Below are positions 36,151 to 44,307 of a DNA stretch of 50,326 nucleotides, piece by piece. Both the position numbers and the translations under genes were made by a program. The notes beneath the pieces were generated by a model. The model did no database searches. It was not told where the DNA came from and saw only the letters and a list, made by a program, of their open reading frames with translations. Location of the stretch: the IMG/VR virus record IMGVR_UViG_3300016643_000322, positions 1 to 50,326 of that record; one strand, given 5' to 3'. Numbering within the stretch: the stretch's first letter is position 1; each line of letters opens with the position of its first letter. The stretch is from a virus (lineage: Duplodnaviria; Caudoviricetes).

Positions 36151-36378
36151 CTAGCAGCGCCCTATAACAGCCAAAGGCTGATGGCGCTTCGGTCCGTTGA
36201 GCATTCCAGCAGGCGGTGTACGCCGAGACGCAAAATCCTCCCACTGCTCAGGCTTTCGCTGTTTTCCACAACACATGCACACGTACTCCTCTGGATCTAA
36301 GCCCAAATAGTAGCCCTTGCGTATATAGGGGTGATCACACTTATGAACAGCACGCGCAACTTCGTCTGACTTATTCAT
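36151..36378 (-). CDS. Small Cys/His-rich hypothetical protein
   Basis: CDHP..KGYYLG..YVCMCCG; terminator downstream. Confidence 0.45.
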   Translation of the reverse strand: MNKSDEVARAVHKCDHPYIRKGYYLGLDPEEYVCMCCGKQRKPEQWEDFASRRTPPAGMLNGPKRHQPLAVIGRC

Positions 36379-36396
36379 AACCATTGAGCACACAGT

Positions 36397-36421
36397 AAAA
36401 AAGCCCGTACTGAGTACGGGC
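36397..36421 (-). terminator. Rho-independent terminator
   Basis: GCCCGTAC-tca-GTACGGGC followed by T6. Confidence 0.7.
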
Positions 36422-36636
36422 AAGACAGGAGTTTTACTTAGAGACTGCTGAGGGAACAGGCTCACTAGTAAGAAATAGAAAATCCCCCATGAGTTTACTT
36501 TTTCCCGCACGCTGTCGACGGACGGCACAGTAAAGCCTGCGGAATCAATATTTATACGAAGCGGCACACCATGTACAAGAAAAAAATCTGAACGTTCTCT
36601 CGGACCAAATAACAAAAAACTCAGAGGGAGCTAAAT

Positions 36637-36906
36637 ATGAAAAATTTCTTATATATCATCGAATATGAAATCCACCATGCAACCAGGTCTTTCATCATAC
36701 GAAGCGAAGTAATGAATAATGCGGAGGCATGGCACTGGGCTTGCTGCGATGCGGGAATAGGCATCATTCCGCGGTCACGTAATGATAAGCTTAAACGTAT
36801 AAGCAAACCGCTCGCCGAGCGCTACGGGCTTGAAAACGTAAGATGGCGGCCGTCCGGCGACGTACCATTTCAGCCAAAGCCCTACATTCCTCCACCACCC
36901 GAATAA
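36637..36906 (+). CDS. Conserved Pseudomonas hypothetical protein (DUF6555-like, from recall)
   Basis: GGGAG RBS; NAEAWHWACCDAG..SKPLAERYG motif. Confidence 0.7.
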   Translation: MKNFLYIIEYEIHHATRSFIIRSEVMNNAEAWHWACCDAGIGIIPRSRNDKLKRISKPLAERYGLENVRWRPSGDVPFQPKPYIPPPPE

Positions 36907-36966
36907 ATGCACGAAACAAATAGTACACCCATATGAATAGATCACCTTGTCTATCCGCTGACGCTA

Positions 36967-37173
36967 TTATTTGCGGTGGCCCGCGAGCAGGCACATTTTC
37001 TCTACGTTGTTGCGCAGTGCAGTGTTCACAATCTGCGCCAAGTGTTTCCGCTTGCACTTAGGGCAAAGTAGATCTGAGGTAGTGGAAACCATGTAAGTGG
37101 GCTCCGCTTCTGTAGAGGGGTCATACGGCTTTTTGCATTTTGCGCAATTACGGCTCGCTTGTTTGGCAGTCAT
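36967..37173 (-). CDS. Small zinc-ribbon protein
   Basis: CAKC..CPKC; GGAG RBS. Confidence 0.6.
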   Translation of the reverse strand: MTAKQASRNCAKCKKPYDPSTEAEPTYMVSTTSDLLCPKCKRKHLAQIVNTALRNNVEKMCLLAGHRK

Positions 37174-37317
37174 GACGGCTCCATCCTTAAGTGACTAGAC
37201 ATGTAAGATTGACCAATTACGGTGTATTTTCAAGAAAGCAGAATTGAAAATTCAAACGAGCGCTTAATTGATAGTTTTATGCCATCACGGATTGGGATAT
37301 GCCCTACTATTAGCAAG

Positions 37318-37524
37318 CTAACGTTTACATCGTCCGGTTAAGATGTAAATCACATCGACATCTATCTCAGCCAATCGGGCGAGATACAGAGCACTGGGAC
37401 TGCGCAGCCCACGCTCATATTTTCCCTGAGCATTCACCAAAACCCCGCCCAATGCAGCAAAAGCAGCCTGGGTGTAGCCAAGTCGAACGCGCTCCTCTCT
37501 AAGCCGCCTGCCTATTCCGTCCAT
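37318..37524 (-). CDS. HTH-only XRE regulator similar to the prophage repressor N-terminus
   Basis: IGRRLREERVRLGYTQAAFAA..YERGLRSP..YILTG; AAGGAAGGGG RBS. Confidence 0.8.
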   Translation of the reverse strand: MDGIGRRLREERVRLGYTQAAFAALGGVLVNAQGKYERGLRSPSALYLARLAEIDVDVIYILTGRCKR

Positions 37525-37692
37525 ACCCCTTCCTTTCGATTGGAGATCACGCGAGCGATTAGCATCAAACGCCAAATAATCCCGTTTTTTCAATCGAAAT
37601 CCAGGGTTGGCCAACACGCCCTTTACGCACCAAAACAGGGCGCCAGTCCCATGGTGGTCCCATGGAGGCTTTTTTGAGACGCCAAAAACCAC

Positions 37693-37727
37693 AAACCCCC
37701 GATTTTCTCCAGGAAAATCAGGGGTTT
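37693..37727 (-). terminator. Terminator-like hairpin downstream of tRNA fragment
   Basis: AAACCCCTGATTTTC/GAAAATCGGGGGTTT followed by T-rich run. Confidence 0.6.
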
Positions 37728-37741
37728 GCGTTTTATCAATT

Positions 37742-37765
37742 TGGCGGTGAAGGAGAGATTCGAAC
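37742..37765 (-). other. 3' fragment of tRNA-Ser (att-core relic)
   Basis: GTTCGAATCTCTCCTTCACCGCCA = T-loop, acceptor strand and CCA; no 5' half upstream. Confidence 0.75.
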
Positions 37766-37807
37766 GCCCGGTACGTTGGAGTATCCTTCCGCATTGGCGA
37801 TAAATTT

Positions 37808-38023
37808 TTACGGGCGATCCTGCTTCTTTAGCTTGGCTAAGCCTTGTTTGATGTGGCCTGCATTCTCACCAAGCGTTTGAAGGGCGCCACGGACGTTTCC
37901 ACCAGTCGTCAATACGCCACGCTCTTCTGTCCATAACACCAGCTCCATTACTGCCGCCTCTAACGCCAGTTGGTTCTCATACATCCTTTCCAGCACATCC
38001 GCTAGTGAGTATTCGCTCGCCAT
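37808..38023 (-). CDS. Hypothetical protein near prophage end
   Basis: MASEYSLADVLERMYENQLALEAAVMEL.. helical ORF. Confidence 0.7.
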   Translation of the reverse strand: MASEYSLADVLERMYENQLALEAAVMELVLWTEERGVLTTGGNVRGALQTLGENAGHIKQGLAKLKKQDRP

Positions 38024-38179
38024 CAATATAGCCCTGGTTCCTAAAGCTTGAAGCATAGCAGCGGATATTCGCGGAGCCGATACGTGCGAAGAACTGCCGT
38101 CCTTTGCAGGGGGTGGTACAGAAGTGGTACGGACATATTTATGGTTCGCTACAGGGCACGTATTTAAAGGCCTGTAGAG

Positions 38180-38227
38180 TTAGTGTTTCCAATCCATCAT
38201 GGGTGCTACAGAAAATTTACGATTCAT
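38180..38227 (-). pseudogene. dusA: dusA 5' fragment containing att core (38189-38206)
   Basis: Translates to MNRKFSVAPMMDWKH*, the DusA N-terminal motif, then diverges. Confidence 0.85.
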
Positions 38228-38384
38228 AACGCCTTGTATTTAAAGGCCTTCAGCAGGTTTTTGTGCTATCGTTCGTGTACATTTCAGGGGCCAAAATCAC
38301 GGTTTTGGTACACCTGGAGTACACGCCGTGTGCATCAAAGGTATGCATCGGGTATGGATAAATGAACACTGAGTGAACACGACC

Positions 38385-39509
38385 ATGGCTTCAATCCAAA
38401 AGCTTCCAAGCGGCAACTGGCGTGTGCTGATTCGATCAAAGGGTCACAAGGCGATCAGTGAAACGTTCACGACAGAGAAGCTTGCAAAGGCGTTTGCAAA
38501 GGAAAAAGCACGTCAGCTTGAAGAGATCAAAGCCACCGGCAGGGCCGCTGCTCCCAAGGGGTCAACTGTCGCGCATTATATCGATGACTACCTCGATTAC
38601 ATACAGCAGGGCCGTACCCTTCAGCGGAGCGCACTGTTCATCTACAAAGCTCTGAAGAAACGCCTGGGCAATATCGGGATCGAACGGCTTTCGAAGAGTC
38701 ACCTGGAGTCGTTCATTGATGCCAGGAAAAAAGAGGGCGTTCAGGGTCAAACAATTGCTGGTGATCTCTCATTGCTGTCATCTGTGCTTCGCTATTGCTA
38801 TGACACCAAGCACCTTGATATTGACCCAGATCTGGCCGACAAGGCGCGTAAGGGGCTGAAGACAAGTCACAAAATGAGAATCAAAAGTCGCGAAGTGGAG
38901 TGTGTACCAACACAGCAGGAGATCGACGCTATCACTGCTGTCTTTGCTACAAAAACCCGTCAGCAGATCGACATGCCGCAGGTGATCCGATTCAGTCTCT
39001 ACACATCTATGCGACAAGCAGAGATCTGCAGAATCAGAATTGAAGACTTGGACAGGGAGAATAAGACAGTCATTATTCGTGACCGAAAGCATCCTGACTT
39101 AAAGGAAGGTAACGATGAGACTGTTCCACTGCTGCCTTCAGCCTGGGAACTTGTAGAGAGCTTTATCGGGGGGCGGAAATCCGGCTGCATTTTTCCCTAC
39201 AATCCGAAGTCCGTTTGTACTGCGTTCACACGCGCACGGGCGGAAGCTGGAGTGTCTCGACCAGTTCGCTTTCACGATCTTCGGCACAAAGCGATCACTG
39301 ACTTTTTCGGCATTGGCCTGAACGTTCCCCAAGTCGCGCTGATGAGCGGCCACCGTGATTGGCAGACTTTGAAACGATACACACACGTCAAAGCGACTGA
39401 TGTCCACACTGCTTACAACGCGCTGAACATCAAGCAACAGGACGCTAAAAATATCGACGGACAACTCGCCCTGATTTTGCAGCAACTTGGTGAACTCAAA
39501 AGCGCCTAG
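38385..39509 (+). CDS. int: Tyrosine recombinase/integrase (dusA-associated type)
   Basis: TSMRQAEI, RDRKHPDLKEGND, FHDLRH, SGHRDW, KRYTH. Confidence 0.93.
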   Translation: MASIQKLPSGNWRVLIRSKGHKAISETFTTEKLAKAFAKEKARQLEEIKATGRAAAPKGSTVAHYIDDYLDYIQQGRTLQRSALFIYKALKKRLGNIGIERLSKSHLESFIDARKKEGVQGQTIAGDLSLLSSVLRYCYDTKHLDIDPDLADKARKGLKTSHKMRIKSREVECVPTQQEIDAITAVFATKTRQQIDMPQVIRFSLYTSMRQAEICRIRIEDLDRENKTVIIRDRKHPDLKEGNDETVPLLPSAWELVESFIGGRKSGCIFPYNPKSVCTAFTRARAEAGVSRPVRFHDLRHKAITDFFGIGLNVPQVALMSGHRDWQTLKRYTHVKATDVHTAYNALNIKQQDAKNIDGQLALILQQLGELKSA

Positions 39510-39514
39510 GTATG

Positions 39515-39544
39515 AAAAAAGGGGCCAGTTGGCCCCTTCATTTT
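39515..39544. terminator. Bidirectional terminator
   Basis: A6-GGGGCCA-gt-TGGCCCC-T-rich between convergent genes. Confidence 0.75.
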
Positions 39545-39776
39545 AAATGCAGCGTCTAATGAACTCGTCCGAATCGGATTCCATCAGACTGCCGATGAAT
39601 TCCATCACAGCGTTTTTTGGATACAAGTAAGCAGAGCCAAAGCGGATAGGTTTCGGCCCCTTGCCGTGCTTTCTCCAGTACGCCAAAGTATCAAGGTTGA
39701 CCTTAGCGAGTTCACTGATATCTTCGGCGGTGTAGCAGTTGATCTCGTGAGCAATCTTACTTCTGATGTCGCTCAT
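39543..39776 (-). CDS. AlpA/Xis-like winged-HTH protein
   Basis: YTAEDISELAKVNLDTLAYWRKHGKGPKPIRFG..LY. Confidence 0.8.
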   Translation of the reverse strand: MSDIRSKIAHEINCYTAEDISELAKVNLDTLAYWRKHGKGPKPIRFGSAYLYPKNAVMEFIGSLMESDSDEFIRRCI

Positions 39777-39777
39777 G

Positions 39778-39999
39778 TCAGATCGCTCCGCCGTGAGTGA
39801 AAACGAAGCCCTTGAGCCTCAACATCGGGAGCGTGCTTACTCCGTCCGCAGGATAAAAGAAGCTATTCCCTACATATGCGTAAGCCGGGCCATGGCTATT
39901 TCCTCTCCAGTAGTCGAGTGTAGACTCGCTCACGTTATATAGGTCGGCTACGTCATCTTCAGTCAGAAAACCCACTTCCTGCGCGATTCCTTTTTGCAT
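39778..39999 (-). CDS. Second AlpA/Xis-like winged-HTH protein
   Basis: LTEDDVADLYNVSESTLDYWRGNSHGPAY..VG..FY. Confidence 0.75.
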   Translation of the reverse strand: MQKGIAQEVGFLTEDDVADLYNVSESTLDYWRGNSHGPAYAYVGNSFFYPADGVSTLPMLRLKGFVFTHGGAI

Positions 40000-41649
40000 T
40001 TTTCTGTCCCGAAAGCACCCGCCATCATGACCGTCAGTGCTCCCTGAGCTCTCAAAAAAAACGGTGTCGTACCGTTGCTTTGTCAATATATGGAATATGT
40101 TTTTCCAGATGCCGTCAAGGCGCAGGGCAAATTTTTTAAACAGTCTACGTAGGGCATACCGTTAGCTAGAGTATGCTAAAAATATACTTTGGTAGTCTTA
40201 ACCAAAAGGCCACTTGTATAAAAAGACGCCGGAGATTGGCCGTACAGACTAGGGGTATGCCCAGAAGAAACGGAAAGTAAATTTCGAGACGCTACTTCTT
40301 ATGTTATATTCTTTAATGTGTGTATGGCTTGTTGTCAAAATACTAAATAAGAGATTTCGTTCTGTGCATGGGATCCATTAGTTCCGGAGATTTGTTTGAT
40401 TCTTGCTAGGACTATATGACCTTCAATTTCAACTAATTCCCTAAGCTGTCGCATGTGGGCTTTTGTGGCTTTTGCAATATTATCTTGAGCAGGTTCGGTG
40501 ATTTTTATTGCTGTTGAGCGATTGCCATAACTCAATGAACTTGTCCCTTGAGAGGCCGTGCTCAGGTTGGAAAAGCGTGTTCGAGCTTTTGCGACTGCTC
40601 TGTTACAAGTCCATGCCTTGGGGGGAAGCGGAGCGATCATCAACTAATGTGACGCCCTCCTGCGCGCAATAATTGCCAGCGGGCCGTCTCCGCCACGGGC
40701 GCAGTCCGTAGCCAATAAGTTACCAGGGCGAATAGGGCGTGGAATCCGGTATGACCTGCACATACCATCTAGGCACTTTTAACTCCGTCGCGACAATGCT
40801 TGATGACGTGCTCACGCGCCCCCGGTGCGACCTCTTCAATCTGAGGATTATCCGGGCTTCCACTAAGCTCTCTTCAGAGTATGCCGACCGGGGCATCTGC
40901 ATGGCTCCGATGACATGGATTACTCGATTGGGTGATCCAGCTGCTTGACCAAAAGGGCGGGACGCTGCGCCTAGGATGTCTTCTGGATGCTTACTAAGGC
41001 TGGGTTTTGCCTGTGCAATATAGAGCGAGATCGGGTGATCAAAAAAATATTTTCGCTACCCCCCCCTTGAAATCATTTTTCAAAACCGGAGATGTTATAT
41101 TTGAGGACAAAAGAAAAGCAGCGATCCCGACAGCCTCGCTTTTTTGGTTTTTCCACGAGCTTTTAAGGCAATCGACTCGATTGCTTTGCTGTTGCTTTGG
41201 TTTTTAGGCTGTTTTCCCTGTCTACTTTTGAATGATGGCTGTTGCACAGCTTAACCTGCGGTGTTGGATATAGGCCCGTAGGGCAGTGAGATGTCGCCTC
41301 TTTGCGCCGTAAGGCGCTGCTATTTTTTGATTTCAAAAAGAAGCAAAAAAGCCAGAAATTGTGAGGGATAGCTCCGTCTGAGAATCTTAGGAGGTCTAAC
41401 ATCCGTTACGAGCTGGCACAGCAGGGCAGGTATTTGATTGGTCATCAGTGCTAAGTGCCTCAACCCACATCACTTCCGGACTCCCTTCCTACTGCTATCT
41501 ATCAGCTACCAAGGCTCGCCCCGCTCTCGGGTATCAACATGCGTCAGCCCTATCGCGACCTCAGTCGCTGAAGTGCAATTCTGTCTGCCGGGAAGGACTG
41601 AATGCCGCTTTCCTAAGGAGAAGTTTTGCGATCCTCCTGGGCACTCTTG

Positions 41650-41924
41650 TAACGGCTTTGAAATCAATCGCGAGCTCTTTGAGCATATCCTTTGATCAGG
41701 CTGTAGAAATTGTTACAGACGCTCCCCAATACGACTGGGAGCTCTTCTGTGATCTCGCCTACGACGATGGGCACTGGCCCAGAATCGTTCGTAATTTTCC
41801 TACTGACGCAACAATGCTTTCTCAGACTAACGAGGGTGAAGAGCTGCCCCACCATGCGTTGCTCGACGCCAGGATTATCGCAGGCATGTTTGCGCCAGTG
41901 TGCGGAGGCAGCGGATTATCCTAA
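41650..41924 (+). pseudogene. C-terminal remnant of a DEDD 3'-5' exonuclease-like gene
   Basis: TDAPQYDWELF...HHALLDAR; no N-terminal DxE motif found. Confidence 0.45.
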
Positions 41925-42063
41925 TCAGATGAATTGATCAGCAATCTGGATTGGCCTGTCGAGCGGAGCAAGTTACGAAATGCAACGCACGCACATCGAG
42001 GCGAATCGCGGAGTTGATCAGTGTTGACAAATGGAAGGCTATTTCCGCTATCAGGACTGATAT

Positions 42064-42525
42064 TCATTCCTTTGGTGGTTGGTGCCACAACCGGCGCAAC
42101 GTTGATTCCGGCAGCCCTAGCTGTCTCGCTGCCTCACTCTGGCTAAGCCCTCTCGTCTTAAGCTCCTGCACGGCCAACCATTTCCTCTGAGCCTCCAACT
42201 CTCGAGGCGGATTGATGGCTTTCGGTTCGGTTGGAAGCGGTCTATCTGCCAGCCCTAGCGCCTCAGCCTCAGCTAGCGACGCCAGAAGAACTTCGCGCAT
42301 TGAGCGTTTTTCATGGGATGCAACAGTTAGTGCCAGCAGTGTGATCGGCTCTACGTTCAGCGCTAAGGCGAGACGTGCACTCATATCGACGGTCGCTGAG
42401 CTCCTTCCTTGCTCTAGCTCGCTGACGTGCGCTTGCGTGACGAAGCCCGAAAGACCTGCCTGAGATAGACCTTTCTGAGTGCGAAGCAGTTGAACTACTG
42501 CTGCATAAGATTTGCGCAGCGACAT
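42064..42525 (-). CDS. XRE regulator with second C-terminal HTH
   Basis: LRTQKGLSQ..VSELEQGRSSAT; GLSQSEAARQLGLPESTLRR. Confidence 0.82.
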   Translation of the reverse strand: MSLRKSYAAVVQLLRTQKGLSQAGLSGFVTQAHVSELEQGRSSATVDMSARLALALNVEPITLLALTVASHEKRSMREVLLASLAEAEALGLADRPLPTEPKAINPPRELEAQRKWLAVQELKTRGLSQSEAARQLGLPESTLRRLWHQPPKE

Positions 42526-42655
42526 TTCACTATCCCGATAAAAGGAGACGGTATGTCGCATTTGCCTGCCGCCACACAAACAGATATATTGGTGGCTGTG
42601 GCGGTATTATGCCTCAGTTACTAATTATTGGATATTGACAGAGAGGGCTTGGGCG

Positions 42656-43051
42656 ATGGATGGGATCATCGAAGACGGTCTGCTAGGTGATCTTGGTATC
42701 CGATTAATGGGCTCCGCACTTTCCCTTGATGAAGCCGTCGCAGTGGCCAGAAAACGCTACAAATGGATGCCCCTATGCGCCGTCGAGGAGTGGATCGTCC
42801 TAGATGCCATCGTCACCGACGAAGAGCGAGCCAAAGTAGCCGCCGCAGGCTGCCAACCAATGTTTATGTTTGCCCACAAGGTCGTGGATGACGAGCAGAG
42901 ACGTTTTGAACCTGGCCACTGGGTCAGGTCGAGTATGGCCACTGCGTTCAACGACGGCTTTCTGTTCGAAACTCGGAATAGCGTCTATGTGCTACTCGGG
43001 CCGGGTCATCGCAAATCAGCAACCATCAAAGAGATCTTCTCTCTATTTTGA
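42656..43051 (+). CDS. Hypothetical protein (DUF6957-like, from recall)
   Basis: GHWVRSS..FETRNSVYVLLGPG. Confidence 0.7.
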   Translation: MDGIIEDGLLGDLGIRLMGSALSLDEAVAVARKRYKWMPLCAVEEWIVLDAIVTDEERAKVAAAGCQPMFMFAHKVVDDEQRRFEPGHWVRSSMATAFNDGFLFETRNSVYVLLGPGHRKSATIKEIFSLF

Positions 43052-43098
43052 ATTAACCAACCGGGCTGCTTTGCGTCCGCAGAAAACTGAGGCACCTG

Positions 43099-43545
43099 AT
43101 GTTCAGAACCGAAGACTCAGACGCTATTGGCGTTCCGGGATTGTTTGGCGAAGGCTTGATGCACTGGCAGGGCGTGTCACGGGTGCTCAGATCGCACTGG
43201 TATCACCTGACCGTTCGAATCAGCGAGCAGGGTCGAAGCACTGAGTTCACGCGAATGATCGAAGGTGAGCGCAGACTGCAGCAAATGCTTGTGCAGCAAA
43301 ATGCAGGGGAAGTGATAGTCGACGTGCAAGTGGTCACCCCCCCTTGGATGAATAACTGCGATGGCTGGGGTATGGAACGCGTCGTTAAGGTGACTGTTGG
43401 TGATGATAATTGCGACTTTGAGGTCAGCCTGATCGAGGTGGACAGTGGGTCTGTTTACCACAACTCACACCGACCAGGTTTTCAAATTCAGTCACTGCAG
43501 AACTGCCGGCCAATTTTTCTCGAAACCATGATTCGATCAGTCTGA
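43099..43545 (+). CDS. Hypothetical protein
   Basis: GAGG RBS, 148-aa ORF co-oriented with neighbours. Confidence 0.7.
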   Translation: MFRTEDSDAIGVPGLFGEGLMHWQGVSRVLRSHWYHLTVRISEQGRSTEFTRMIEGERRLQQMLVQQNAGEVIVDVQVVTPPWMNNCDGWGMERVVKVTVGDDNCDFEVSLIEVDSGSVYHNSHRPGFQIQSLQNCRPIFLETMIRSV

Positions 43546-43632
43546 AAATTACCAACAATCTTGCACGATACCAACGCGCCTGGTTGCGTGTGCAATTCCT
43601 GATATCTCCATACAGAACGCAGCCGGAGGGCA

Positions 43633-44019
43633 GTGATGCTCGACACGATAGATGTAAATTTCCACGGAAAGCGCCATACAGATTTCGATCTCAAACGAAT
43701 CATTAAAGCCCAGGAGCAAGGCTTTGATGTGCCGGTTACCGCTTATCTCTGCGGTGTTTCGATTAGGTCGCGCGCAGGTATCGGTGTTGTTTTTGGCCAC
43801 AAGCGCAAAGACCAGTACGGTCGGTTTGGCGATGGTCACCTGATCAGGACTTCTGACGTGCTGAAGGTCGAACGTGAAGGGCGATTTTGGGTGATGACAA
43901 CCGTGAATTCGCGTTATGTACTAGCAACGTTCCAGCGGGATAATGGACGTGCAAGCCTCCGCCAATACCTTCGACTTTCTAGTGCTCAGCATCATCTATC
44001 CCCGAACCTGCTGCAATAA
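43633..44019 (+). CDS. Hypothetical protein, motif similar to 42656 gene
   Basis: GGAGG RBS; DGHLIRTS..TTVNSRYVL. Confidence 0.7.
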   Translation: MMLDTIDVNFHGKRHTDFDLKRIIKAQEQGFDVPVTAYLCGVSIRSRAGIGVVFGHKRKDQYGRFGDGHLIRTSDVLKVEREGRFWVMTTVNSRYVLATFQRDNGRASLRQYLRLSSAQHHLSPNLLQ

Positions 44020-44307
44020 AGGCGTGCCTCCTATGATCGGCCTATGACTAAAGGATCCGGAGACTGTATGTCGAGCATGTTGATGAGAGCGGGCGAAACG
44101 ATCTTTATTGCATCAGGTGTTGATGACCATCCTGTTTCGTAGTCGATGGCTATTCACATACCTACCGGGCTTGCCCCCTTTTGGGGGCTGACTGGTGTGA
44201 CCAATCCCTGACTGCACCAGGTTTTGGCCCTATGGGCTTTCATTCTCAGGCCTTTGGCCCCAGAGGGCCGGCGCGCTCCGCGTGCTTTAGGCAGCCAATG
44301 AGCGCTT

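Larger units (their letters stand above)
1..38206. mobile_element. P2/phiCTX-like prophage, left end outside window, right end at dusA-type att core
   Basis: Integrase, immunity switch, complete P2-order structural modules, cos-like site, att-like core at 38189-38206. Confidence 0.93.

Noticed and set aside
37742-37830. Complete tRNA gene
   Set aside because: Only the T-loop and acceptor 3' strand are present; upstream sequence gives no D or anticodon arm
40335-40948. Short ORFs in island 2 (also 47809-48392)
   Set aside because: No RBS or motif support; probably decayed DNA
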